Sequence record: NC_007021.1
DNA: 64,000 nt
Source of the DNA: Staphylococcus phage Twort
Direction: 5' to 3' (one strand)
A model generated the notes under the pieces. That model searched no databases. It was not told where the DNA came from and saw nothing but the letters and a program-made list of their open reading frames with translations. Position numbers and translations under genes: made by a program. This document shows, one piece after another, positions 63,787-64,000 of the stretch (its first letter is position 1; every line of letters begins with the position of its first letter).

Positions 63787-64000
63787 GGCAGGAAGATTAC
63801 GTAGACGAATGGAAAAGAAGAAAGTAGAACAAGAAGATAAGTCTAAGTACATTCAAGACGGATTTATGAATAGTATCCAAACTTTAATGTTTGATTTCCA
63901 AAATAAAGTTAATGCAGGTCAGGTAGAGATAAAAGACCCAAATGACTTATACAAACTATTTGTAATATATTCACAAATGCAACAGCTTGTAGGAGACCAA
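63780..64000 (+). CDS. hypothetical protein, 3' end cut by the window edge
   Basis: The ATG at 63780 overlaps the upstream stop. The frame MSRAGRLRRRMEKKKVEQEDK... stays open to the window end. Confidence 0.45.

Noticed and set aside
1-64000. CRISPR array, integrase/attachment site, and toxin-antitoxin pairs
   Set aside because: No regularly spaced identical repeats with unique spacers were seen; the repeated structures found are promoter/terminator modules and iterons. No tyrosine- or serine-recombinase-sized ORF is present apart from the 26-aa TnpA stub.

Overview
The window reads as a myovirus of low-GC Firmicutes, of the Twort-like (Herelleviridae) kind. Coding density is high, genes sit in co-directional blocks, many gene pairs overlap by ATGA, and sigma-70-type promoters and hairpin terminators are everywhere. 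The 3' lysis cassette (CHAP + amidase_2 + SH3b endolysin overlapped by a 185-aa holin) matches my memory of PlyTW/HolTW from Staphylococcus phage Twort.

Layout. 1-13.6 kb is the end of a replication module: 5'-truncated family-A DNA polymerase, RecA/UvsX-like recombinase, sigma-factor-like gene, Big_2/Ig-like proteins, metallophosphoesterase, PD-(D/E)xK-like protein. 13.9-33.3 kb is a run of about 60 small early-type genes, each with its own consensus TTGACA-17-TATAAT promoter and a terminator that often overlaps the next -35. 33.8-60.1 kb is a leftward block: kinase-phosphatase-ligase (Pnkp-like) enzyme, Ser/Thr-type phosphatase, YopX, tRNA-Met plus a degenerate tRNA-like gene, SNase-like nuclease, a 1380-aa beta-helix fibre-like protein, dUTPase, LysM protein, nucleoside deoxyribosyltransferase-like protein, PhoH-like ATPase, transglycosylase, RNase H, XRE regulator, a free-standing HNH endonuclease (plus strand), endolysin and holin. 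60.1-64 kb is non-coding DNA followed by small genes.

Most notable. (1) An intact TnpB (RuvC + zinc finger) with a 26-aa remnant of an IS607-type TnpA HTH, flanked by 22-bp palindromic ends about 1.43 kb apart: an OMEGA-type insertion in a phage. (2) A fused polynucleotide kinase / metallophosphatase / RNA-ligase-like protein, the architecture of an RNA heal-and-seal enzyme. (3) A 536-bp non-coding element with perfect 27-bp terminal inverted repeats and 8-bp flanking direct repeats, which looks like a MITE. (4) About 1 kb of non-coding DNA with extreme purine/pyrimidine strand asymmetry, just upstream of a pentapeptide-repeat protein gene. (5) Iteron-like repeat arrays at 29.98-30.09 kb and 33.42-33.53 kb. 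(6) A frameshifted endonuclease-like gene, and a family of MISSI...KYFGL small membrane proteins.
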